Shown here in pieces: positions 25,986 through 36,149 of a stretch of DNA of 47,600 bases. Positions within the stretch are counted from its first letter, which is position 1; every line of letters starts with the position of its first letter. The position numbers and the translations under genes are program-made. The notes beneath the pieces are model-generated. The model was not told the DNA's origin. It saw only the letters and a program-made list of their open reading frames with translations, and searched no databases. The DNA is from Candidatus Brocadiia bacterium (lineage in GTDB: Bacteria > Planctomycetota > Brocadiia > SM23-32), in NCBI GenBank assembly GCA_046538485.1, contig JBKHIT010000036.1, positions 1-47,600 of the forward strand, written 5' to 3'.

Positions 25986-27809
25986 ATGAGTCTGATCGAT
26001 GATGATGCCTGCCGGGATATCCTGATGGCGCTGATGAAGTATCCGCCCTCCCGTGAGTTCAGCCGGCGGAAAGTGGCCGAAATTGCCGATGTGCCGCAAT
26101 CCACCGCGAACCGTAAACTCGAAACGCTCGCCAAACAGGGCGTTATCGATGTGCGGCCGATCGAAGGGGGGAACACCCACCTGGTGTCCATCAACGAAGA
26201 CAGCCCCCACTACGGCGAGCTGAAATCCGCCTTCGAAAAACAACGCGATAAAGAACTGGAAGACGAAAAACAGAAAGGCACCGACTCCGGGCAGACCATC
26301 ACCCTCCACGTGCTCGAATCCTACCTGTGGCAGGCCGCCGACATTCTGCGTGGCAGCATCGACTCATCCGACTATAAAAGCTACATTTTCGGGCTGCTTT
26401 TCCTCAAACGCCTGAGCGATCGGTACGAGGAGGAGGCCGAAGAGTTGATCGAGGAGGGCATTCCGGAGAAGATTGCCTTCGATGATGAGGACCTGCACAC
26501 GTTCTATCTCCCGCCGCGTGCGCGATGGGAACACGTCCAGAAACAGAACCGCGATATCGGCGCCACCATCAATAAGGCCTTCGAGGAGGTGGAGAACCGT
26601 AACGATACCATCGAGAACGGCGTCCTGACCAGCATCGATTTCAACGATAAGGAACGTCTTCCCGATCCGGTGCTGGAGGAGCTGATCGTTCATTTCAGCC
26701 AGAAAAGTTTCCGGAACGAGAATCTGGCCGATCCCGATATCTTTGGCCGGGCCTACGAATATCTCATCCGTCAGTTCGCCGACGACGCCGGGAAGAAGGG
26801 CGGGGAGTTCTACACGCCTCGGGGCGTGGTGCAGGCTCTGGTGAAGATCCTCGACCCGCAGCCGGGCATGCGCGTCTATGATCCGTGCTGCGGCTCGGGC
26901 GGGATGCTCATCTACTCGGCATCCCACATTCGCGAGGACAACGGCGGAAGCATGGAGGACATCTCACTCTACGGTCAGGAGCGGAACCTCAACACCTGGG
27001 CCATCGCCGAGATGAACATACTGCTTCACAACCTCCCGGATGCCCGTATCGCCAAGGGCGACACCATGCGGGAGCCGAAGTTCCTGGACAACGCCGGTGG
27101 CCTGATGGTCTTCGACCGGGTCATTGCCAATCCGATGTGGAATCAGAAGCGGTGGAGCAAGGAGTTTATCAAGGAGAACCAGCCGTTCAACCGTTTCCCC
27201 TACGGTCTGCCCCCCAAAAACTCCGCCGACTGGGCCTGGGTGCAGCACATGCTGGCCAGTCTCAACCAGACCGGCAAGATGGGCGTGGTGCTGGACAACG
27301 GCGTGCTGTTCCGGAGCCGTTCGGAGGGCAAGATACGTCGCAAGGCGCTGGAGGACGATCTGGTGGAGGCAGTGATCGCCCTGCCGGGCAACCTCTTCTA
27401 CAACACCTCCTCCCCGGGCTGCATCATGATCCTGAACAAGGACAAGCCGGAGGAGCGACGGGGCAGAGTCCTGTTCATCTACGCCGAGGATCAGGAGGCA
27501 CGCGAATCCGGCACGCTGCTCTACGAGGAGCTGTCGAACCAGAACCGTCTGCTGGACAGCGGCATCGAGAAAATCGTCGAGACCTATCAGGAACTGGCGG
27601 AGGAAGACCACTTCAGTCGGCTGGTCGGGCTGGAGGAGATCGAGGAGAACGACTGGAATCTGAATGTCCCGCGTTACGTCGATACAACCGAGCCGGAGGA
27701 GCCCATCGATGTAAGCGAGAAGCGCCAGGAACTGCAGGAACTGGAAGGGAAGCGAGATCAGATCAATACTGAGCTGAATACATTTCTTGAGGAGCTTGGG
27801 TACGAATGA
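25986..27809 (+). CDS. hsdM: Type I R-M methyltransferase HsdM with N-terminal winged HTH extension
   Basis: LWQAADILRG, GEFYTP, YDPCCGSGGML, motif IV NPMW, WNLNVPRY; first ~95 aa wHTH-like (FSRRKVAEIADVPQSTANRKLETLAKQGVI). Confidence 0.95.
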   Translation: MSLIDDDACRDILMALMKYPPSREFSRRKVAEIADVPQSTANRKLETLAKQGVIDVRPIEGGNTHLVSINEDSPHYGELKSAFEKQRDKELEDEKQKGTDSGQTITLHVLESYLWQAADILRGSIDSSDYKSYIFGLLFLKRLSDRYEEEAEELIEEGIPEKIAFDDEDLHTFYLPPRARWEHVQKQNRDIGATINKAFEEVENRNDTIENGVLTSIDFNDKERLPDPVLEELIVHFSQKSFRNENLADPDIFGRAYEYLIRQFADDAGKKGGEFYTPRGVVQALVKILDPQPGMRVYDPCCGSGGMLIYSASHIREDNGGSMEDISLYGQERNLNTWAIAEMNILLHNLPDARIAKGDTMREPKFLDNAGGLMVFDRVIANPMWNQKRWSKEFIKENQPFNRFPYGLPPKNSADWAWVQHMLASLNQTGKMGVVLDNGVLFRSRSEGKIRRKALEDDLVEAVIALPGNLFYNTSSPGCIMILNKDKPEERRGRVLFIYAEDQEARESGTLLYEELSNQNRLLDSGIEKIVETYQELAEEDHFSRLVGLEEIEENDWNLNVPRYVDTTEPEEPIDVSEKRQELQELEGKRDQINTELNTFLEELGYE

Positions 27810-29134
27810 GTGATGATGGTTACAAAGAAGTGCACGTAGGACCGCAGAGACTGCAAATTCCCATCGAATGGGAAGTAAAGCTTATCAAAGATTGTTGCCG
27901 TTACGTTTCTGGGTCAGGATTTCCAGAAGAATATCAAGGCAAAAAAAGGGGGGATTATCCATTTTATAAAGTGAGTGATATGAACAATTACACCAAGTTC
28001 ATGGGTGATTCTAACAATTACGTTGGAGAGGTGGAGGTTGAAAAATTAAATCTCAAAACGGCACCTAAGGACGCCGTAATTTTTCCCAAACTTGGAGCGG
28101 CTTTGGAAACTAACAAGAGACGCATACTCTCAAGAGAGTCAATTTTTGATAATAATATTGCTGCCCTTATCGCGACAGACATAAATAATAGGTTCCTGTA
28201 TTATGTCCTGCAGACAATAGATTTGGGCATATTGGGGAATTCCGGAACAGTTCCGTCAATCAACAAATCCACGATTGAAAAATTGCAATTACTCTGCCCA
28301 CCATTGCCCGAACAGAAGAAAATCGCCGCCATCCTTTCCCGTGTGGACGAGGCGATCCGGACCACCGAGGAGATCATCGACAGGACGGAGGAGCTGAAAA
28401 AAGGCCTGATGCAGGACTTGCTCACCCGCGGGATCGGACATGATGAGTTCAAGGAAGTGCAGATTGGGCCGAAGAGGTTGTCGGCACCTGCGTGCTGGGA
28501 GAAAGTAAAGGCGGGAGATCTATGTAAAGTTAAAGGCGGTAAAAGACTGCCAAAAGGTGAGGGATATGCTGAAGAGAAAACGGAATTCCCGTATTTGCGT
28601 GTAGTAGATTTCAGTAATGGTTCTATCGATCCTTCCGAACTGCAGTATCTCAAACCGGACACTCAGCAGAAAATAGCTAGGTATACCATAACTTGTAAGG
28701 ACGTGTTCATATCGATTGCGGGCACGATAGGGGTAGTCGGAATTGTTCCTGATTTCCTGGATAACGCCAACCTAACGGAGAATGCCGCCAAGTTGTACGA
28801 TCTTCAAGTAGACCAGAAGTATCTGTATTATTATCTCAGCGGCAAACTGGGACAGGATGAAATAGACCGGTTCACGATCGGTAGTACCCAGCCTAAGCTG
28901 GCTCTCAAAAGAATAAAGAAGATTAATGTGCTAGTCCCGCCCAAAAAAGAACAGAAACAAATCGCATCCATCCTGTCCCGAGTGGATGAAAAGCTCCAGA
29001 CCGAACGGGAATATCGGGAGGAGCTCACCGAACTGAAGAGGGGCCTGATGCAGGACCTGCTGACCGGCAAGGTGCGCGTGACGGATTTGCCGGATGACTT
29101 ATTTGAAGGGATGGATTGTGCCGAATTGGCCTGA
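27806..29134 (+). CDS. hsdS: Type I R-M specificity subunit
   Basis: Two TRDs; PPLPEQKKIAAIL..LKKGLMQDLL repeated as PPKKEQKQIASIL..LKRGLMQDLLTG; ATGA overlap with hsdM. Confidence 0.95.
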   Translation: MSDDGYKEVHVGPQRLQIPIEWEVKLIKDCCRYVSGSGFPEEYQGKKRGDYPFYKVSDMNNYTKFMGDSNNYVGEVEVEKLNLKTAPKDAVIFPKLGAALETNKRRILSRESIFDNNIAALIATDINNRFLYYVLQTIDLGILGNSGTVPSINKSTIEKLQLLCPPLPEQKKIAAILSRVDEAIRTTEEIIDRTEELKKGLMQDLLTRGIGHDEFKEVQIGPKRLSAPACWEKVKAGDLCKVKGGKRLPKGEGYAEEKTEFPYLRVVDFSNGSIDPSELQYLKPDTQQKIARYTITCKDVFISIAGTIGVVGIVPDFLDNANLTENAAKLYDLQVDQKYLYYYLSGKLGQDEIDRFTIGSTQPKLALKRIKKINVLVPPKKEQKQIASILSRVDEKLQTEREYREELTELKRGLMQDLLTGKVRVTDLPDDLFEGMDCAELA

Positions 29135-29303
29135 AAGGTGATGCAGCGCAACGTTACGGCGTTCGGCCTGAAAAGCCGGTTCACCGTAGCCCGACCGGGA
29201 GAGGGTGGAGGTCCTCGCAGGGTTGATGGCTTGTTGGCAACGCAGACAGGCGATAATGGGCTTCGACATCGAATGAATTTGAGAGTTAGACGGGTTTTAG
29301 GCA

Positions 29304-32300
29304 ATGGCATTATCTGATGCAGCAAAGGAGCACGCTGAAGAGTTAGGACGGCAATTAGCCAAGGATAAACTATGCATCATTGCTGGTGCCGGTGTATCCC
29401 GGAACCCGCCCGCAGAGCTGCCCAACTGGCTTAATTTAGTCAAAAGAGTGAATGAGAATCTTGATGCGGGATTAGAAGAAGATACCCTCGCCAAACCGAT
29501 GATGGCCATGGGGATCATGGAAGTCCGCAAGGATCGTGGGAGCGTGGTCTCTGCTATGAGGGAAGTGCTCCCCGACAACACTCCGACCACTCATATTCAC
29601 CGGCGCCTTGTATCGCTTGGTTGCCCGATCTATACAACAAATGTCGACCAACTCTTTGAGAAGGCTGCGGAAGATCAGGATATCCCGATACGAGTCCTCA
29701 AATGCGACCAGGATTTTGCGCATGATGTGCAAGGACAAATCATCTGTAAGCTTCATGGGGATCTGCAGGCTCCGGATACACTTGTCCTGTCGCAAGGTGA
29801 CTACCATGAGGTCATGAAGCAAGAGAAAGCACGGGGATTATTCACTAAATTTCGTGCCCAATTGCAGGATTCGTATGTGCTTATGGTGGGGCATAGTGCC
29901 AATGATCCCGATTTGCAATGGACAGTAGATTACGTCAAGGAACTGCTTGGTAGAGAGGCGCGTCCAATCCGTGTCATCACAGCCACGCCTCGCCAGGATG
30001 ATATAACACGCCTTAAGGGTGTTCTTGGCCTGACCCCTGTGGTGCTTGATAATTACGATCAGCTGCCGGAATTACTCAGGACTTTGGAAGACTCGGCTCG
30101 GGAGCAAGGGAGCGCTTCTTCCCCACCAGAGTCTATTACCCTCCTAGAGGAGAATACCGTTGACATTGTGGAAGATATTTGGGCTGAGAAATCAGAGGAG
30201 ATAAACGAACTGCTCCGTCGTTGTGACTATGAACAGGCTTTAAGCCGTGCTGAAACCTGGGAGCAGCGAATCATGGACATTGATGGGGTCTCCTCCAATA
30301 CGGTTGCCAGAATATATCGCATTAAAGCAATTTGCCACCGCCAACAAGGCGACGAGGACGCAGCGCTTGTGGAAATTAATGCAGCCCTGGAAGAAGCCCC
30401 CGACAATCCCCAGAACCAGGTGGAACTTGCAACCATCAGGCTTATGTCAGGTGGACAGGAAGAAGCTTCCCACGCCCTAAAAAATGAGCAAGATTTGGAT
30501 ACTCGGCGATTCCAAGCCATGCTGGGGCTTATGTCGGATGATCTGGAGCCTACAGCAGAGCTGTTAGAGGACCCCGAAGCTCAAGAAGACGCGAACTGCC
30601 AAAGCCTCTTCGCGACTTATTATTACCGTACGGCCCGTTTTCCTGAAGCGGTTCAGGCGGCGCGTAAAGTGGCAGAGTTTGGAGATACAGTGCACGCCCA
30701 CGAACGTGCGGGAGATATAATTTATACCGTTGCAGTAAGGGGTGTGCAGGAAATGATAAACGAGAATCTACTCCTGAAACCTGATCAGTTTGAAGTGCCG
30801 ATGGGAGGAGTAGTGGACTGTCAACTGCTCGAAGAGGCTACTGAATTCTACAAGACAGCCCGTGATATGGCAGCGGAATCAGCGCGATGGGTTCGAACTG
30901 TCTTATCCAAAAAGATAGCTAGATCGGCTTGGATGGTTGGCGACAGGGAATCAGCCGACCAGAGTATTTCGCGGATACCTGAACTTGATGATTTGGAGGG
31001 CTTTTTCGAAAGAGGGAGTAGCCTTACAGAAACAGATGTCGAGGAACTGGTCGAGCAACTGAAAGAAGGGCCGCATCGCCGACGGGAGGATCCGGTATCA
31101 GCATTGATCAACGTAGCCGAGCAACTGCTGGAGCACAATAAGTCAACACTGGCGCTGCGGCTGCTGGATAAGGCTAAACAGATGGTTCCTGACGGAATTA
31201 TGCTCTTTTGGCGGAATCTGCGAGCTCGAGCATTGCTGCAGGATAGAGGTCTCCGGTCAGCAATGCGAGAGTTGAATCGGGCTAGATCCACACCCCAAGG
31301 CGAAGCTGCTGTCCACCAGTTCAAAGCGCAGTTGCAGGCACAAGCTGGAAAGCCAGAATCAGCAAAAAAATGGTTCGCACGTGCACTGAAGTCCGGGAGA
31401 TTCCGCGTATCAGCGCTCTACAGGTATGGGATGTTCGCATTGTCAGAACTGCAAGATTACGAAAAGGCAGCTGACCTTTTAGGGGAACTCATCCAATTGG
31501 TTCCAAGCCAGAAAATACAGGAGGTCTACTGCGAAGCCGCAATTGCTACAAACAAAGGGGACCTTATTCGACGGGCCAGAGCGGAATTGGAGGGATTGCG
31601 GGCCAAAGGGCAAGCGGACAAACAGGCTCTACGAGGGCTGATTGCATGTTACCAGAAAGAAACAGATTGGAAGAGAGCCCGAGAAATCGCCGAAGAGTAT
31701 CTGAAACGGTGGCCAGAAGATAAACCCATTCGGAACAACTACGCACTGTTCCTTGACAGATGCGGCGAAATAGATCTGGCATTAATGCAACTGGAAAAGC
31801 TTCGGACTTTATCTGATTTGGAGCCTGATGAGCGGTTCGGGATGCTTGTCAATAGAGCACAAATCCTTCTGAATGCGGAACGCTACCGAAAGGGTTACCG
31901 CACGGCTCTTGAGGCAAAGCAAGACTTCGAAAGCCGGGCCGAGGGTTGGCTGATGCTTATGCGCGCTTGCCGTATGCTGGGGAGGGATGACGAGCTGGCT
32001 TCAGTCATGGTAAATTTCCACAGTCGTTTCCCTGACCATCCAGCAGTCTGTGCTGAAACGGATGTGAAAAAGCTCGTTCATCTGCAGGAGACTCTTAGCA
32101 AACGAAGTCAAAAATGCAGGGAGAAATACGAGTCCCGGGAAATTCCTATACACCTGTTGGCAGAATGTTGGGGAATGCCATTGCCGGTTATCTGGGCCTA
32201 TTTAGCAAAGAACGAGGCCGTGCTTTGTGGCCTCCATGATGAGGAGACTATAGAGGCTCAAATGCAACGGATTGACGGGGGGACGCTGATTCTTGATTAC

Positions 32301-35300
32301 ACTGCCTTGCTTGCCATCAGAGAGTTGGATCTATGGGATCACCTATCCAAACTTCCAAATGTGATTGTGTCTCAAGCCCTCCTTGATCAGCTGCAAGAGG
32401 ATTCGCATGATCTCCAGGGGCGTCTGCGGATAGAACACCGGGAACGTTACGAGCATATGCAAGAAACACTTGAAGGGAGTGGCAGCGTCTCCATTCATGA
32501 CCAGAATCCCCGTCAGGATATACCCGATCCATGGATTGAGGAGCATGGCTGGATCACGGCGGCTGACCTATGGCACGCAGAACAGGCAGAAGGAGTGGTG
32601 CTTGATGACATATCTGATACGCTCCCGCCCAGCAGGATTCTCAGAACAGACCAGTTGCTCCAGTGTTTACACAGGGAAGGCTGGTTGTCCCGTTCTGATT
32701 TGGACGACGCAATAGAAGAAATCAATCAGTGGCCCAGCCATATACAAGGGGGTACGGAAGCTCCACTCGTTGTGAAGGACACCCAGATGACGACTCCCAT
32801 CGTGCTGTCAATAAACGCGATCGAATCACTTGAGAGGTTGGACATGCTGGAGCTGGTCGCATCCCGCTGCAGTCAAGCTATTGTTTCCTCAGCAACCTGG
32901 AGTCATTTTGCGTCTGAACTTGCGCAACTGCGCTTTTTCAAACGTACAAAAGAAAACCAAGACCATCTTCGCAATCGGGCCACAAGCATAGACGTCACGG
33001 CGGTAGAAAAGCGCGAAGTGCAGGCCGCTGGCCTGAAAGCCGATGCAGATTCGGCATACCTACAACACAACTGGTGTCTTGCGAGAAAAGATCAGAGTCT
33101 CCTTTGGACGGACGACGCAGTGCTCCGGGCATATACCGAAAAGAGGCCGGTTGTAGAAGACGGCATGGCCGTGACTACTATAGCCGTGTTGCATTGGTTA
33201 AAAGAGAATGGCCATCTGGATGAAGAGGATTTTCGAAGGCGAATTCAAACTCTGACTAGACTCCAATATCAGTACGTCGTTCCGGAGGCAGATGACTTGC
33301 TTTGGACAATGCGGGAGTACAATTGGCAAATTACTGAAGAAGCTGCGGAAACCTTACGTTACTATGGAGGACTTTTTGAACACGTCAAGCCCAATGTGAG
33401 GAATCTGAATTGTTTTTTCCAATCTATCGAGGAACTGTTGTGCGAATGTTGGCAGTTATCTGGACGTTCACAGACAGAAAAGGCGGACCTCGCAAACTGG
33501 ATATTAGAGAATATCATGCATCCACGATGGTACGAAGAGAGGCCGGAAAAGGTTAGGCGCGTCTTCCTCGACCGCATGCTTCTTGTGTTATGGAGGATGC
33601 CTGTCGCGGGAGCTCGACGTTTTGGAATATGGTTGCGGGATTACTTTATGCAAGAGGGAATGCCAGCAAAGGAATTTGCTGAAGCATTAGGGGATTTGCT
33701 GAGGGAGATATCGCAGACAGAAACAGAAAAAGAGGAAAAAGAAAAAGCAATAGTCAACATCCTCGTTCGCTTGCCTGTGTGTCTTAGACGAATGATTCCT
33801 GAAAAAATCTTTTTCAGAATATCGCATTTATTGGAACAGAGTGAAGGTACACTTCAAGTGCTTGAAGCTAAAACTGCTCAGGGCACGTTCTCTTTGGCTC
33901 AAAACGATGTGAAGATGCTCGCAGAGGATCAGGTTGAGCGTCATGGAGCTGAAGCTATAAATGAGAATCTAAGAGTTGAAATATCAGCCGACGTCACCCG
34001 GTATGCATTCTGTGAAGAAGAGGACGGTGTCTTGCGATGGCCCTCATATCCTTCCGGCCTGCGACAGGAGTTTTACGTCGATGCGACTGAACTATTGACC
34101 AGTTGGTCGCAAGGTGTTCGAAAGAGCACGGCTGCAGGTATCGCCAGTCGAATTAATGATTCTTCTGTAAGTTTTGTTGCGCTAAATAGCAGTCTGCATA
34201 ACACGAACGAGTGGAATGATGAACAAATTCGCGATCTCCGGACAATTGCTCATTCCCCAGCAGTCCGTCTTCTATTCCACGGTGGGGAGTCCAACGAACA
34301 GTGGATCAGGGAGCTTCTCGGAACATCATGGGAAACCATACAAAATGCCTATGGATACCTACCGAACGCGCCTCAAGATGTTTTCCTTAGCGGAAATGAC
34401 TGGCCTGAATGTATTCGTTCTGCATTTCCGACTCGTGGCGCTTTTGCGAACACAATACGGGAAGTGAGTCATGCTGGCGGCGACAGTTGTTTGGACGATC
34501 TACTTGGACAGCTAACCCACACGCACGATCCTTTTACATTTGCAGCGAGTCTGGAGGCGATCTTCGAACGGGTAGATGTGGGATCAGGCGTGGAACCCGA
34601 TCAGAAAGACACCATTTCCAATCAAATCCATCACGGACTGACTGTATTTGGGGATTCGGGCGACCGGCATGCCAGGCACACTGCATTCGTAGAGATACTG
34701 CGCGCTGTGGCGTGGATTTCGATCCAAAAAGGTTACATCTATCGAAGCAATAACTCGCAACGGCTCACAAACGCGGAACTACTGGTGCCGGTTATACCGT
34801 TGGCCCGGGATATTGCTGAGATCGTCGATCTTTCGTCTGCAACTCAAAAAGAATGCCAGGGCATCAAGAAGTCCTTTGTCAGGATTGTGGATATCGCGGC
34901 TCAGAACAGCATGCGTAACGGTGTTGTTGCAGTAACCAACGATGTTGCAGATTTCCGTTGTATAACTCCCAGAGAGTTGCTCCCGGCGATAACCATGAGC
35001 GTCTTGGAGCAATCCCCAAAGACCAGCAAGAAATTTGTGGATTACCATCAAATCAAAGAAGAGGTCGTTACCCTATTGTTACCCCCTGTCTCTGTGCTAT
35101 CGCTCCCGCGACGGACTCAGAATAGGCTCGACATGTATCCATCAGCATCCCTACCGGAATGCGCTCAGAGACTTCTGACCGAATTCTTGCGCAAAAGCAA
35201 GCTAAAAGAAGCAATCGGGGATTGGGAACGACCTACTTGGCGAAAAATTCCACCTACCGTTCGCGTTATGGAAGCGGACGTTCAAGACGTCACATTTGGG

Positions 35301-35753
35301 CTGCTCCAGCATAAGGTCCCTTTCATACCGGCAAGCATAGCCAATCAGCTATATACCGATGCAAAGGATCCACAAGAACTGTGGCACCGTGCTGAGAATG
35401 AGATGCCAAATGCTCTCTCATTTTTCTGGTCTTGTGTAACGCTGTTGGATGAAGACAACCGCCGTGAGCTGTGTGAAGGTACCTGTGCAGCTGCTGAAAT
35501 GTCGCTGGATGCCCAAAACTTGGAACGGGCCATTTGGGGCATAAATCTGATAATCAGACATCTTCAAGACTTGAGCGAGGCCGAGTGGAGCACTTTATCA
35601 TTGCTTCTCTTTCGTACCCTCGAAGATGAGGCTGTTGATGAAGACATCCGACGAAGCATTGCGCGATCTATGAGCAACCTACCGGAGAATATTGGACGGC
35701 TTAACCGAGAAATCGCAGCAGATTTTGCCTCGGATATTTTTCCTGGGTTATAA
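29304..35753 (+). CDS. SIR2-like NADase domain + TPR repeats + PIN-like domain(s), 2149 aa
   Basis: IIAGAGVS..LPNW, TTNVD, KLHGD, VGHSANDPD; TPR-like helices aa ~300-900; LILDYTALL and LLWTDD PIN-like motifs. Confidence 0.85.
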   Translation: MALSDAAKEHAEELGRQLAKDKLCIIAGAGVSRNPPAELPNWLNLVKRVNENLDAGLEEDTLAKPMMAMGIMEVRKDRGSVVSAMREVLPDNTPTTHIHRRLVSLGCPIYTTNVDQLFEKAAEDQDIPIRVLKCDQDFAHDVQGQIICKLHGDLQAPDTLVLSQGDYHEVMKQEKARGLFTKFRAQLQDSYVLMVGHSANDPDLQWTVDYVKELLGREARPIRVITATPRQDDITRLKGVLGLTPVVLDNYDQLPELLRTLEDSAREQGSASSPPESITLLEENTVDIVEDIWAEKSEEINELLRRCDYEQALSRAETWEQRIMDIDGVSSNTVARIYRIKAICHRQQGDEDAALVEINAALEEAPDNPQNQVELATIRLMSGGQEEASHALKNEQDLDTRRFQAMLGLMSDDLEPTAELLEDPEAQEDANCQSLFATYYYRTARFPEAVQAARKVAEFGDTVHAHERAGDIIYTVAVRGVQEMINENLLLKPDQFEVPMGGVVDCQLLEEATEFYKTARDMAAESARWVRTVLSKKIARSAWMVGDRESADQSISRIPELDDLEGFFERGSSLTETDVEELVEQLKEGPHRRREDPVSALINVAEQLLEHNKSTLALRLLDKAKQMVPDGIMLFWRNLRARALLQDRGLRSAMRELNRARSTPQGEAAVHQFKAQLQAQAGKPESAKKWFARALKSGRFRVSALYRYGMFALSELQDYEKAADLLGELIQLVPSQKIQEVYCEAAIATNKGDLIRRARAELEGLRAKGQADKQALRGLIACYQKETDWKRAREIAEEYLKRWPEDKPIRNNYALFLDRCGEIDLALMQLEKLRTLSDLEPDERFGMLVNRAQILLNAERYRKGYRTALEAKQDFESRAEGWLMLMRACRMLGRDDELASVMVNFHSRFPDHPAVCAETDVKKLVHLQETLSKRSQKCREKYESREIPIHLLAECWGMPLPVIWAYLAKNEAVLCGLHDEETIEAQMQRIDGGTLILDYTALLAIRELDLWDHLSKLPNVIVSQALLDQLQEDSHDLQGRLRIEHRERYEHMQETLEGSGSVSIHDQNPRQDIPDPWIEEHGWITAADLWHAEQAEGVVLDDISDTLPPSRILRTDQLLQCLHREGWLSRSDLDDAIEEINQWPSHIQGGTEAPLVVKDTQMTTPIVLSINAIESLERLDMLELVASRCSQAIVSSATWSHFASELAQLRFFKRTKENQDHLRNRATSIDVTAVEKREVQAAGLKADADSAYLQHNWCLARKDQSLLWTDDAVLRAYTEKRPVVEDGMAVTTIAVLHWLKENGHLDEEDFRRRIQTLTRLQYQYVVPEADDLLWTMREYNWQITEEAAETLRYYGGLFEHVKPNVRNLNCFFQSIEELLCECWQLSGRSQTEKADLANWILENIMHPRWYEERPEKVRRVFLDRMLLVLWRMPVAGARRFGIWLRDYFMQEGMPAKEFAEALGDLLREISQTETEKEEKEKAIVNILVRLPVCLRRMIPEKIFFRISHLLEQSEGTLQVLEAKTAQGTFSLAQNDVKMLAEDQVERHGAEAINENLRVEISADVTRYAFCEEEDGVLRWPSYPSGLRQEFYVDATELLTSWSQGVRKSTAAGIASRINDSSVSFVALNSSLHNTNEWNDEQIRDLRTIAHSPAVRLLFHGGESNEQWIRELLGTSWETIQNAYGYLPNAPQDVFLSGNDWPECIRSAFPTRGAFANTIREVSHAGGDSCLDDLLGQLTHTHDPFTFAASLEAIFERVDVGSGVEPDQKDTISNQIHHGLTVFGDSGDRHARHTAFVEILRAVAWISIQKGYIYRSNNSQRLTNAELLVPVIPLARDIAEIVDLSSATQKECQGIKKSFVRIVDIAAQNSMRNGVVAVTNDVADFRCITPRELLPAITMSVLEQSPKTSKKFVDYHQIKEEVVTLLLPPVSVLSLPRRTQNRLDMYPSASLPECAQRLLTEFLRKSKLKEAIGDWERPTWRKIPPTVRVMEADVQDVTFGLLQHKVPFIPASIANQLYTDAKDPQELWHRAENEMPNALSFFWSCVTLLDEDNRRELCEGTCAAAEMSLDAQNLERAIWGINLIIRHLQDLSEAEWSTLSLLLFRTLEDEAVDEDIRRSIARSMSNLPENIGRLNREIAADFASDIFPGL

Positions 35754-36149
35754 GAGTTTCGACAAGGATCAGACCATGATGAGTGTTTGCTGAGACATTG
35801 AACTTGTCAAAGATGCCCATTAGGTGCCATTTTGGTAATATATTTTCGTATTGTAAGCCCATCGCGACCTACACTGGAAGGAAGGATGTCGACGCTTGGC
35901 GAGATTATGTGGAAGGCAACCGTGCTGGAGTCGTGCAGGCTCGTTGAGGTGGGCCATGCGCAAAATATATAAACTTAGAGCTCCGGTTAATGTTTTTGAA
36001 AGCTGGTAACGAAATTTGCGGTAAGGTCATCCCGTCCGGGCTATATGCCATCCCGACCTAAAAGCCCGGTCGCTGGCGACTATAGTTTGCTCGTCGTACC
36101 CATTACAATAACACCCATATCATTCCCATAAACCGGTCGGCAACAACAC

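Noticed and set aside
27128..27142. HsdM motif IV NPMW instead of NPPF/Y/W
   Set aside because: Asn, first Pro and aromatic residue retained; no reason to infer inactivity or novelty
29147..29238. Possible attC-like remnant (GCGCAAC...GTTGGCA) before the SIR2 gene
   Set aside because: Arms pair only through several G-T wobbles; too degenerate to support
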